Shown one piece after another: positions 49,574 through 58,159 of a DNA stretch of 64,000 nt; within the stretch, counting starts at the first letter, position 1, and each line of letters starts with the position of its first letter. The notes under the pieces were generated by a model that searched no databases, was not told where the DNA came from, and worked only from the letters and a program-made list of their open reading frames with translations. The stretch comes from Thermoplasmata archaeon (GTDB lineage: Archaea; Thermoplasmatota; Thermoplasmata; Lutacidiplasmatales; UBA184). Made by a program: the position numbers and the translations under genes. The stretch lies in assembly GCA_021821785.1 (NCBI GenBank), contig JAKACD010000003.1:8462-72461 (forward strand), in the 5' to 3' direction.

Positions 49574-49621
49574 GACCGGGGCCGCGAGGGGGCCCGGTCT
49601 ATTTGGGCGTTCCGCGCCCGG

Positions 49622-52600
49622 TCACGGCATCTCCGAAGCGGCCGGGGCCCCGCCCCGGGGGCGGAATCGGTCGAGGGTCGTCTGCGCGGTCGAGCCCGGG
49701 AAGAGCGTCGCCACCGAGTCGGAGAGGATCTGAATCCGCTGGCGCACATACGGGGTGATTCCCTCGACCTCGCTCAGGCGCTGGGAGAGCGGGAGGTACT
49801 TGCGCACGGACGCTTCGTAGACGCTCGACAGGAGCTCGCCGTCGCACCGGGCGCCCCCTTTCCCGGTGGCCGTGCAGCGACCCGAGAGCGGCGGCCGGCG
49901 GTAGGCCTCGCCGCAGTCCTTGCATCGGAAGCTCTGGGTCGCGTAGCTCTTGAGGTTCCCCATCACGTCGGGCAGGAAGTGCGCGTTGAGCACGAGCGTG
50001 ACCGCCTCGGCCACATCGACCGCGCGGATCTGGGTCGCGAGCAGCACCGACCGCTCGACCATGTCGGTCATCGAGCGCCCGTCGCGGTAGGCGGAGCGGA
50101 CCGGTCCGCCCGCGATCCGCGAGGTGTCGTGGGTGAAGCCGTACTCCGACAGCGCCCGGCCCGAATCGAGCCGGTGCCCGACCAGGTCGAGGAGGGGCTC
50201 GACCTCCTTCGCCGAACGGCCCTCGGCGGCGGCCCGGTAGAGGGCGAGCGCGTGATGGCTCGAGACATCCACGTTGTGTGCCTCCTTGTCGACCTCGGTC
50301 GCGACGAGCCGGGTCGTCAGGACCAGCGGCTTGTCCATGAGCGCGCCCCGACTTTCGGGCAGGAACGACCGGGAGAAATTGAGCAGCGCGTCCAGGAGGA
50401 GCGTCACCGAGTCCTCATCGCCATCGCAGTTCCGCCGCTTCGCGGCGTGGAAGACCGGGGAGGCAAAGCACGCCTCGGCGTCCGTGAACCCGATCAGGCG
50501 GCCGGCGACCCCGCCCGACGTGTGCGGAGCGAGCGCGACCACGATCGCCCCGACGAGCCGATCGGGCCGATCGGCCGAGTAGAACGGGTCGAGGTTGTAG
50601 AAACGCACGAGCTCATCGTCGACGAACTGGGAGAGCCGGGTGAGGTACTCCCCGCACGAACGGGAGACGACCAGGTCCTGGGGGGCGAGCTCGACCAGCT
50701 GCTCGGGGTCGGTGAGCTCGGCCCCCGTCCAATCCCGCTCGTAGCCCAGCCGACGCAGGGTCGCGACGTCCGTCCCGATCTCCGCCGGCCGGAAGTGGGT
50801 GAGCGGAAGGTCCGTGAGGTCGAACCGGGCCGTGCCGTCCTGATAGACCGAGATCCCGTGGACCGCGCGCAGGATCCCCTTCTCGATCGGCTCCGGGACC
50901 TTCCCCGGGGAGGTGAGGCCCTTCACGCCCTTCACGACCGGGACCTTGGCGAGGTGCAGGCGCGAGACCGCGTCGCTCCAGATCCGCGCGATCGGTAGCG
51001 ACTGGCGGCCCACGTCGCCGGTCGGGTTCGTGTGCTGCCCGCAGGGACAGCGCATCCAGACGGTGGTCCGCCCGCAGGCAGGACAGCTGCGGATCCCGAG
51101 GTCGACGTCGGCTCCCTCCCGCATCGTGCGGCGGGCGGCCTCGGGCACCGAGCGGGTCGAACCCCCGGCACTGCCGACGGGAAAGAGCCCGTGAACGTTC
51201 GGTTGCATGCTCCGCTGGTACGCCTTCTCCGGCCGCCCGACCCGTCCCCCGACGCGTGACGGTCCGCGAGGGCGGAGGACGACCCCGGCAAGGCGGTGGA
51301 CGTACCGCAACGGGTCGACGTCGACCGGCTCGAGGGACGCGCGCCGCACGAGACGGTCTCCCTCGGGGTCGAGGCCGAGGCCACCGACGAGCGCCGCGCC
51401 CGGGTCGGGTTCCCCGCGCAGCCGGTTCGGCTCGACCGGGTAGAACAGGAAGCCGAGCCGCTCGAGGGTCTCCCGCCACGCCGGATCGTTGGGCAGTTCG
51501 ACCGAGCCCTCGACCCAGCGGCCCGTGCGCTCGACGAACTCGGCGAGCGCCCGGATCTCGGCGGAGGTAAGGTCGTGCCAGAAGAGCAGCCAGCGAGGAT
51601 GCAGCGGCACCCGATGGGTCTGCGAGAGGGCGACCGCCTCGGCGTACGTGCCCACGGCGAGCCCCACCGCGGGGTCGACCCCGGCCGCCTCGAGCTCGGC
51701 AGCATGCCAGTCGAGGGAGTAGGCGCCCGGGACGAGCGCGCGGTTGTTCTCGAGGAACTCCCCGAACGAGACGAGGATCTCCCCGAGGTCGACGATCCGA
51801 CGCACGCGGCGGCGGAGCGACTCGGCCCGGGGGGTCTCGTGGACCGCGGTGACGGTCCCGTCGTCGAGCTCGACGATCGGCCCTTCGACAGTGTCGCACA
51901 CGCCCATGGCCGTGGCCTTTCCGGGGTACTCGAGCTTCACCTGGGTCCCGATCGCGACGAAGTGCTGGAGGATCACCATCGTCGCGGGGTTCACCGCGCA
52001 CGCCGCGAGCCCGGTCGTGCGGGCCCGGCCGTAGACGAGCCGGAACCCACCGGGGTGGTTCGGATGGGCGAGGACCGGGCGGCCGCCGACCGAGTCCTGA
52101 AGGTACTTCGGGGTCCGGGCCTCCTCTTCGTCGGTCTTGCGGTGACCGAGCTCGGCGAGGAACTCCCATCCGTCGAGGCCGAGCTTGTCGACGATCTTCC
52201 GGATCTTCGCCGCCTTCTGGCAGAGCCCCTCGGCGATGACCAGGCAGGCACCGCCCCGGATCCCGTTCGTCGGGACGCGCGGCAGGTTGCGGAACGCGCT
52301 CACCTCGGCGTCGCCCTCGGTCGACTCGCCCGAGATCGCGACCGGGACGTGCCGAACGACGAGGTCGATCTCCTCGGGCGTCGGGACGTACTGCAGGTGC
52401 TGGTGGTACTTGTACAGAGGAATCTCCTCCTTGTACCGCTCGATCTCGTCCGGCTCGGGGTGGAACGGCTCGAGGCCGAGGTCGCGGCGGACGATGTCGG
52501 CGAGCAGCACGCTGAGCGCCTGCGCGGTCCCGCCGGCGGCTCGAATCGGTCCCGCGTAGTAGAGCTCGATGTATCCTCGACGGTCCCGGCCCTCCCGCAC

Positions 52601-53038
52601 GTGGACCTCGGCGAGCCCCTCGAGCGGAGCCACGAGGATGCCCTCCGTGAGGATCGCGAGCCCGACGCGGAGCGCGGCGTCCAGACGGTCCGCGAGCGCC
52701 GCGCCGCGTCGCGTGTCCTTCGCGAGGCGCCGTGCGATCGTGACCGCGACCTCCTCGCGAGGCATTTCGGCCGCGAGGGCTCGGATCTCCTCCGAAATCC
52801 CCTCGATGCCGAGGTGGGCGAGAAGCTTCTCGACCCGCATCGCCATGTCCTGGGCGCGGGGGATCTCGGGGCGGAGCTCGGGGTCGAGCCCTTCGCGGCG
52901 AGCCCGATCGGCGACCTCGTAGGCGCGGTCGACCGAGGACTCGATCGTGCGAAAATACGATTCCACGGCGGGCGGAGGGCGGGCCCGTCTCATAAGCCTA
53001 GGGCGCGCGACGTGCGCGGCCCGGACGGCTAAGCTCAA
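49622..53038 (-). CDS. polD2: DNA polymerase II (PolD) large subunit DP2
   Basis: 1138 aa, typical DP2 sequence throughout, including the zinc motifs CPACGRTTVWMRCPCG and CKDCGEAYRRPPLSGRC...C. An alternative start is the ATG at 52993. Confidence 0.92.
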   Translation of the reverse strand: MSLAVRAAHVARPRLMRRARPPPAVESYFRTIESSVDRAYEVADRARREGLDPELRPEIPRAQDMAMRVEKLLAHLGIEGISEEIRALAAEMPREEVAVTIARRLAKDTRRGAALADRLDAALRVGLAILTEGILVAPLEGLAEVHVREGRDRRGYIELYYAGPIRAAGGTAQALSVLLADIVRRDLGLEPFHPEPDEIERYKEEIPLYKYHQHLQYVPTPEEIDLVVRHVPVAISGESTEGDAEVSAFRNLPRVPTNGIRGGACLVIAEGLCQKAAKIRKIVDKLGLDGWEFLAELGHRKTDEEEARTPKYLQDSVGGRPVLAHPNHPGGFRLVYGRARTTGLAACAVNPATMVILQHFVAIGTQVKLEYPGKATAMGVCDTVEGPIVELDDGTVTAVHETPRAESLRRRVRRIVDLGEILVSFGEFLENNRALVPGAYSLDWHAAELEAAGVDPAVGLAVGTYAEAVALSQTHRVPLHPRWLLFWHDLTSAEIRALAEFVERTGRWVEGSVELPNDPAWRETLERLGFLFYPVEPNRLRGEPDPGAALVGGLGLDPEGDRLVRRASLEPVDVDPLRYVHRLAGVVLRPRGPSRVGGRVGRPEKAYQRSMQPNVHGLFPVGSAGGSTRSVPEAARRTMREGADVDLGIRSCPACGRTTVWMRCPCGQHTNPTGDVGRQSLPIARIWSDAVSRLHLAKVPVVKGVKGLTSPGKVPEPIEKGILRAVHGISVYQDGTARFDLTDLPLTHFRPAEIGTDVATLRRLGYERDWTGAELTDPEQLVELAPQDLVVSRSCGEYLTRLSQFVDDELVRFYNLDPFYSADRPDRLVGAIVVALAPHTSGGVAGRLIGFTDAEACFASPVFHAAKRRNCDGDEDSVTLLLDALLNFSRSFLPESRGALMDKPLVLTTRLVATEVDKEAHNVDVSSHHALALYRAAAEGRSAKEVEPLLDLVGHRLDSGRALSEYGFTHDTSRIAGGPVRSAYRDGRSMTDMVERSVLLATQIRAVDVAEAVTLVLNAHFLPDVMGNLKSYATQSFRCKDCGEAYRRPPLSGRCTATGKGGARCDGELLSSVYEASVRKYLPLSQRLSEVEGITPYVRQRIQILSDSVATLFPGSTAQTTLDRFRPRGGAPAASEMP

Positions 53039-53062
53039 ATCGGACGGCGGGGTCCAACCTTC

Positions 53063-53114
53063 GGGTGATGAAGTCCACCCTCAACCGCTCCGCCCGGGGC
53101 TGATGACTTCTAGC
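53063..53114 (+). promoter_or_regulatory. fluoride riboswitch (crcB RNA motif)
   Basis: GGGUGAUGAAGUCCACCCUCAACCGCUCCGCCCGGGGCUGAUGACUUCUAGC aligns element by element with the Thermotoga petrophila fluoride aptamer as I recall it (GGGCGAUGAGGCCCGCCCAAACUGCCCUGAAAAGGGCUGAUGGCCUCUACUG). P1 is GGGUG/CACCC, the pseudoknot GAAGUC/GACUUC and P3 GCUCC-GCCC-GGGGC, and the conserved GAUG, AAC and CUGAUG are present. It lies 50 nt upstream of crcB. Confidence 0.85.
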
Positions 53115-53163
53115 ACGCGCCGGGCGCCGCCGGGGGGCGTATCCCCGGGAACGGAGGAGAGCG

Positions 53164-53553
53164 GTGGACATCTCGCAAGCCCGCCTGGTGGCCCTGGTCG
53201 CCGCGGGGGGAGCCATCGGGTCGGTGCTGCGCTACGGCGTGACCGGAGTGCTGACCACCCGGGACTTCCCCTGGGGCACCTTCGTGGTCAACTTCACCGG
53301 GACGTTCCTCCTGGCGCTGCTGTTCTTCGCCTTCCTGCAGGGAGGTTCGCTCCCGCCGGGGCTGCGGACATTCCTGTTCATCGGCATCTTCGGCGGCTAT
53401 ACCACCTTCTCGACCTTCGGCCTCGAGACGATCTCCCTGTACGCAGAAGGGCAGCCGCTCCTCGCCGGTGCCAACATTCTCTTGAACGCCGGGCTCTGCT
53501 TGGTCGGAGCCTATCTGGGCCGGGCCGCCGGCCTCGCTGTCGGGATTCGGTGA
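53164..53553 (+). CDS. crcB: fluoride ion channel CrcB/FluC
   Basis: 129 aa, four TM, with GAIGSVLRY, WGTFVVNFTG and GGYTTFSTF. GTG start preceded by GGAGGAG. Confidence 0.9.
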   Translation: MDISQARLVALVAAGGAIGSVLRYGVTGVLTTRDFPWGTFVVNFTGTFLLALLFFAFLQGGSLPPGLRTFLFIGIFGGYTTFSTFGLETISLYAEGQPLLAGANILLNAGLCLVGAYLGRAAGLAVGIR

Positions 53554-53558
53554 ACGAA

Positions 53559-53888
53559 ATGGAGCTCGTGGAGCGGGCGGTCCGGGTGAAGATCTACGTC
53601 GGGGAGTCGGACCAGTACGAGGGACGGCCGGCGTACAAGGCCGTGGTCGAGTTCCTGCGAGAACGCGGGCTCTGGGGCGCGACCGTGACGCGCGGCATCT
53701 ACGGCTACGGAAAGCGCAGCCGGCTCCACTCCGCCTCCGCGTTGCGGCTGAGCGAGGACCTGCCGCTGGTCATCGAGGCGGTCGATACGGAGAGCAAGAT
53801 CCTGCCCCTCATCCCTGCGCTCAGCGAGATGGTGAAGGGTGGCCTCATCACGATGGACGATGTGCGCGTGCTGCGCCACATTGGGTGA
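53559..53888 (+). CDS. DUF190 domain protein (PII-like, CrcB-associated)
   Basis: The pattern is VRVKIYVGESDQYEGRPAYKAVVEFLRERGLWGATVTRGIYGYGKRS...LPLVIEAVD. An alternative GTG at 53550 forms a GTGA overlap with the crcB stop. Confidence 0.8.
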   Translation: MELVERAVRVKIYVGESDQYEGRPAYKAVVEFLRERGLWGATVTRGIYGYGKRSRLHSASALRLSEDLPLVIEAVDTESKILPLIPALSEMVKGGLITMDDVRVLRHIG

Positions 53889-53945
53889 GGTGCGGCCGGA
53901 CGGCGCGACCCGCGCGGACCCCGCGCCGGGCGCGACGCGGGACCC

Positions 53946-54452
53946 TTACGCCTTCGGAGGTTCGGCCGCCGGCGCGCTCGCGGCCGGGGGATTCGCCGCT
54001 CCGGCGGGGATCGAGGCGGTCGCCGGGGTCGGGCTGCCGGCCGGCGGCACGTAGTCGGGCCAAGGGAGCACCCGCGCATAGATCAGGAGCAGCAGGATTC
54101 CCGGTAGCACCCCGAAAACGAGCGCCAGAATCCCCCAGAGCAAGAGGGGCTCCTTGAGGCTCTGATACTGTCCGGCCGAGAGGTGGGCGTGGTAGCCGCC
54201 GATCCGGTCGAGGAGCATGAGGTCGACCACGACCCAGATGATCGCATAGACGAGACCTCCGACCCCGCCCCCGTAGAAGTGGAGGGCGATGATCGAGAGA
54301 ACGATCGAGATGATGCTCAAGAGGCCGACCACGAGGCCGACGAGCACCCAGATCCGCGTGAGCGTGCGGGTCGTGCCGAGCAGCGAGACCAGATTTGCGT
54401 TCTCCACCGAGCCGGGCGCGGGCCCGCCGGAAGGGGGGGAAGGTGCGACCAC
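53946..54452 (-). CDS. membrane protein (four TM) with a Pro/Ala-rich C-terminal tail
   Basis: 168 aa with clear hydrophobic helices. A TATA-like ATTTATGA lies ~20-25 nt upstream of the GTG start. Confidence 0.55.
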   Translation of the reverse strand: MVAPSPPSGGPAPGSVENANLVSLLGTTRTLTRIWVLVGLVVGLLSIISIVLSIIALHFYGGGVGGLVYAIIWVVVDLMLLDRIGGYHAHLSAGQYQSLKEPLLLWGILALVFGVLPGILLLLIYARVLPWPDYVPPAGSPTPATASIPAGAANPPAASAPAAEPPKA

Positions 54453-54705
54453 GAACCTACACCAGAGCTCCTCTCATAAATCATCACCGCCCCGGGGCCC
54501 GGCGGCGCCCGTTCGCGCGGCCGCGCCGCGGAGACCGTTCCCTCCCCCCACCTCGGAGGAATGGAGCGCCGGCGGGTTCCCGCCCTACGTCTCCCGTCAG
54601 ACTCCCGACGACTTCCGCTAAACGCAAACGTTTATGTACGAAACTCAAGAGTCCATTGACGGAGCGTATGACGCTCGTCTGACAAATGGGAGCGAGGAAC
54701 TACCG

Positions 54706-55839
54706 ATGAAGTCTATCATCCAGGAAGCGATCGCGAAGCACCAGGAGAACCAATCCCTGGTCGAAGAGAAGAAGCCGACCGCGCCAATGTACGCGAACCC
54801 GGACGATGCCGAGCTCGCGAAGCTGGCCGAGACGCTGAAGGTCAACATCCGTATCGTGGGCTGCGGTGGCGGCGGATCCAACACCATCAACCGCTGCGTC
54901 GAAGAGGGGATCCAGGGCGCCGAGATGTGCGCCATCAACACCGACGCGAAACACCTCCTCACCATCCACGCTCCCCGCAAGATCCTCATCGGCCGCCGCG
55001 CCACGAAGGGGCTCGGCGCCGGCGCCCGCCCCGAGATCGGAGAGGAGGCGGCCCGGGAGAACGAGGAGGAGCTGCGCCAGTTCCTCAACGGCGCGCACAT
55101 CGTGTTCATCACCGCGGGGATGGGCGGCGGCACCGGTACCGGTTCCGCGCACCTCGTGGCCCGGCTCGCGAAGGAGGCCGGCGCGCTCACGATGGGCGTC
55201 GTCACCCTCCCGTTCGCCGGCGAGGGTGCGGCGCGCATGGAGCAGGCCCGCGACGGGCTTGAGCGCCTGCGCCGCGTCTGCGACACCACTATCGTCATCC
55301 AGAACGACAAGCTCCTCGAGCTCGTTCCCCGGATGCCCCTCGATTCCGCCTTCAAGCTCGCCGACGCGGTCCTGATGACCGCGATCAAGGGGATCACCGA
55401 GATCGTCACCCGTCCCGGCCTCGTCAACCTCGACTACGCCGATATCCTGACCGTCATGAAGGACGGCGGGGTCGCCCTGATCGGGCTCGGCGAGAGCGAA
55501 AGCGCGACCGACCGGGTCACCGAGGCGGTCACGGAGGCCCTCACTTCCCCCCTCCTCGGCTCGGTCGAGCTCAAGGACGCCACCGGCGCCCTGGTCCGGG
55601 TCATCGGCGGACCGACGATGACGGTCAGCGAGGCCGAGAAGGCCGCGGCCCTCGTCGGTGGGAAGATCTCGAAGCGCGCCCGCATCATCTGGGGTTGCTC
55701 CGTGGAGAACTCCCCCGAGATGGAGAACACCATCAAGGTGCTCCTCATCATCACGGGCGTCCGCGCGCAGAGCCTCCTCGGACAGAAGGGAGGCTACGCG
55801 GCCGGTGAGTCCGAGGAAGTCATCGACCTCGTCCGGTAA
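54706..55839 (+). CDS. ftsZ: cell division GTPase FtsZ
   Basis: Motifs are GCGGGGSNTINR, GMGGGTGTGSA and NLDYADI. ATG at 54706 is preferred because GAGG lies upstream and a TATA-like AACGTTTATGTAC sits at ~54620-54632. The tracked start is 54634. Confidence 0.92.
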   Translation: MKSIIQEAIAKHQENQSLVEEKKPTAPMYANPDDAELAKLAETLKVNIRIVGCGGGGSNTINRCVEEGIQGAEMCAINTDAKHLLTIHAPRKILIGRRATKGLGAGARPEIGEEAARENEEELRQFLNGAHIVFITAGMGGGTGTGSAHLVARLAKEAGALTMGVVTLPFAGEGAARMEQARDGLERLRRVCDTTIVIQNDKLLELVPRMPLDSAFKLADAVLMTAIKGITEIVTRPGLVNLDYADILTVMKDGGVALIGLGESESATDRVTEAVTEALTSPLLGSVELKDATGALVRVIGGPTMTVSEAEKAAALVGGKISKRARIIWGCSVENSPEMENTIKVLLIITGVRAQSLLGQKGGYAAGESEEVIDLVR

Positions 55840-56182
55840 GCGACCCCTCTCCCGACCCCGCTACCTCGGCATCGAGGTGGCGGGGGAACACCTTCCCGCC
55901 TTCCTTTCCCCGCGTTGGTGGGAGGCCGAGTTGCAGGCGGCCCTCCCGCCGGACGACCGGAGGATGCCGAAGGCCCTACGCGTGCTTCGCACCGAGGGAA
56001 CCCGGGCGGTGGTCCAGGTCGACCAGTTCCATGCGGTCCGGTTCCGTTCGGTTTGGAATCAGACGATACCGGGAGGCAGCGGTCCCCGCTTCACCACCCG
56101 ACGGACGTGGGGAACCCTCGTGAATGCGAAGGCCTGGGTGCGCCGGGGGAGTCCCGGGCGTCCAGAGCCTTGGCTGCGCTGA
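55805..56182 (+). CDS. RNase P protein component 2 (Pop5-like)
   Basis: GTG at 55805 overlaps the ftsZ 3' end by 35 nt. RPRYLGIEVAGE...LRVLRTEGTRAVVQVDQFHAVRFRSVW...TTRRTWGTLVNAKAW follows the archaeal Pop5 layout (RYiafev...giVrc.r.......vsGTi...k). Confidence 0.55.
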   Translation: MSPRKSSTSSGKRPLSRPRYLGIEVAGEHLPAFLSPRWWEAELQAALPPDDRRMPKALRVLRTEGTRAVVQVDQFHAVRFRSVWNQTIPGGSGPRFTTRRTWGTLVNAKAWVRRGSPGRPEPWLR

Positions 56183-56203
56183 CACGGGGTGCCCGCCGCC
56201 CGG

Positions 56204-58000
56204 TCAGTGAAGCGAGACCGAGTAGACCGCGAGCACGAGGGAGAGCGAGGTCGCAGGGAGATCGAACGTGACGGTGCCGAGTGGGCCGTTCGGCTCAAAC
56301 GGTCCGACACACGCAGCCGAGGTGAGGGGAGCGCACGAGACGTACGGCGCAATCGTTGGCACGCCTTTGAAGTAGTGAAGCCATGCATAGGCGTACGGCG
56401 TCTGGAACTTCATGACCAAGGGGTGGTGGTGGGGATCCAGGACCCACCCGAAACCGGGGAAGGAGTACCGGGAGGCCGCCACGAGGTGGAGGGAGACCGC
56501 GGCCATTCCGATCCCGCTCTCGCTCCCCACGAGGTTCAGGAACGCCGGGATGACCACCGTCGCGGCCCCGTACGCATACGAGATGGCCGGTGGGTCGATC
56601 ATGATTGGGTACCCCCCTGGCTGCGCGTAGATCACCGCCCCCTGATCGAACGCGACGTCCGCTGCCGGGGCGTAGGTGTTCGCCATACGAACGAGGAGGC
56701 TGGCGGCGTAGACGCTGGCCCCGCCACCGGGATACTGAGCGAAATAGATGCAGGCGTACGGGGTCGGAGTGTTGTAGATCACATTCCAGCCGCCTAGGAT
56801 CGCCGTGTTGTTGTAGACCGTGTTGTTGTAGGAAACCGTTCCCGACTCCTTACTTCGGGTGAGGGGCCCCACGGAGTCGGTGCTCGAGACATTGCCGTAC
56901 GGGCAGAATGGCTCGGTCGGGTTCTCCGCGTTAAAGCCGGTCCACCACACGGAGTAGGCCCCGCCCGTTCCCGGATTGAACGTGTCGTTCGAACCCCAGC
57001 CCGAGACGTAGACGTTGTTGCTGAACCCGTTCGTCGTGGAGAGAGTGACCGTGTCGTGGTCACCGACCATCCGAACGGTCACGGTAGAGCCGGAGGTAGC
57101 GTTGAGGTTCACGTCGTCGTAGTTCCCGATCACGGTCAGGTTCTGGGTCGCTCCGCCCGCGGCGTTGATCCAAGCGGTGTTGTTGTTCCCCACGATTTGG
57201 ATGTTCTCGAACCCCTTTCCCCCGTTCCCGGTCACGTCCACGATGATAAGCGAATTGTTCGCCGAGTAGTTGAGCGTCAGGTCGGCGCCGCCCGTTCCCG
57301 ACAGGTGGAAGAGGATGACGCCGCCTTGGTTCGTGAAGTTATAGGTGACGTTCGCACCCCCCGTGCAGTCAAAGTTCGGATAAGGGCCCGTACAGCCGGC
57401 CGGCGTCCCCGTTCCGGCAATCCACCCGGTCGGCGGCCCGTATCGGGTGCTGACGACACCGAAACTCACGTTCGCCGGTGGCTCGAACGGGATGGAGGAG
57501 ACCGTCGCGCCATCGGGGGCCGCGAACGGAGGTGCCCCCTCGGAGCCCAGCGCGATGGCCTGGACGGAGGGGGCTCCCGCAGGGCCACCGCGGGCAATGC
57601 CGTTCAAGACCGCCTGAAAGTGACCCAGCTGGTTCTCGACCGCGATCTCGTGGTTGAGGTCGTTGACCGACATCTGGGCGGGAAGGGTCGTCGCAAGGTA
57701 GTTCGCGATCACCGTCACGACGAGCAAAAGCCCTAGGATGGTCGCCACCGGTGCGACCTGGGCCTTACGGGCATGCCGGCGCCACTTCCTCGCCGGGGCA
57801 CGACGCGACGCGGGGCGGTGCGGCCCTCGAGCCTTCTCTGCCGAGCGAACCGCCCGGTCCGGTCGAAACGGAGGCGGTCTTGAGTGGGCGATGCGGACCA
57901 CATGGGGAGACGCGTGGGCGGATGCCACCTCGGGTCGGGCGAGACGGATCCGTCGAGCGACGGGCTCGGGCGTGGCCCGAGGGATGCGGATACGATGCAT
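56204..58000 (-). CDS. secreted/surface protein with an archaeal class III (type IV pilin-like) signal motif and a beta-helix-like, sequon-rich ectodomain
   Basis: Only the C-terminal ~600 aa of tracked ORF 56204..59764 are taken as real. RKAQVAPVATILGLLLVVTVIANY matches [KR][GA][Q..][V..] plus a hydrophobic stretch. Repeats include LTLNYSANNSLIIVDVTGNGG.../NLTVIGNYDDVNLNATSGSTVTVRMVGDHDTVTL, and there are at least 12 N-x-S/T sequons. The start is uncertain: ATG at 58000 with a TATA-like TCTTAATAC ~35 nt upstream, or GTG at 57748. Confidence 0.6.
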   Translation of the reverse strand: MHRIRIPRATPEPVARRIRLARPEVASAHASPHVVRIAHSRPPPFRPDRAVRSAEKARGPHRPASRRAPARKWRRHARKAQVAPVATILGLLLVVTVIANYLATTLPAQMSVNDLNHEIAVENQLGHFQAVLNGIARGGPAGAPSVQAIALGSEGAPPFAAPDGATVSSIPFEPPANVSFGVVSTRYGPPTGWIAGTGTPAGCTGPYPNFDCTGGANVTYNFTNQGGVILFHLSGTGGADLTLNYSANNSLIIVDVTGNGGKGFENIQIVGNNNTAWINAAGGATQNLTVIGNYDDVNLNATSGSTVTVRMVGDHDTVTLSTTNGFSNNVYVSGWGSNDTFNPGTGGAYSVWWTGFNAENPTEPFCPYGNVSSTDSVGPLTRSKESGTVSYNNTVYNNTAILGGWNVIYNTPTPYACIYFAQYPGGGASVYAASLLVRMANTYAPAADVAFDQGAVIYAQPGGYPIMIDPPAISYAYGAATVVIPAFLNLVGSESGIGMAAVSLHLVAASRYSFPGFGWVLDPHHHPLVMKFQTPYAYAWLHYFKGVPTIAPYVSCAPLTSAACVGPFEPNGPLGTVTFDLPATSLSLVLAVYSVSLH

Positions 58001-58159
58001 AGCGCGGCCGGGAGTGTATCTAGCCGAGTTCACCGTATTAAGAGCTATGGGCCGGCGGCGGTGGTCGGTCCGGGGGTTCCGGGGCGCCCCGGGGGAGGAA
58101 CGCCGCCCGCTTCCGAGAATCTTATCTCTCCCCCTCCCTCCCCGTTCGGGGTACGGGTC

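Noticed and set aside
49458-49621. tRNA locus as a possible integration hotspot or mobile-element boundary
   Set aside because: No integrase, no transposase and no direct repeat of the tRNA 3' end was seen anywhere in the window. The flanking genes are core (PolD DP2) or small regulators.
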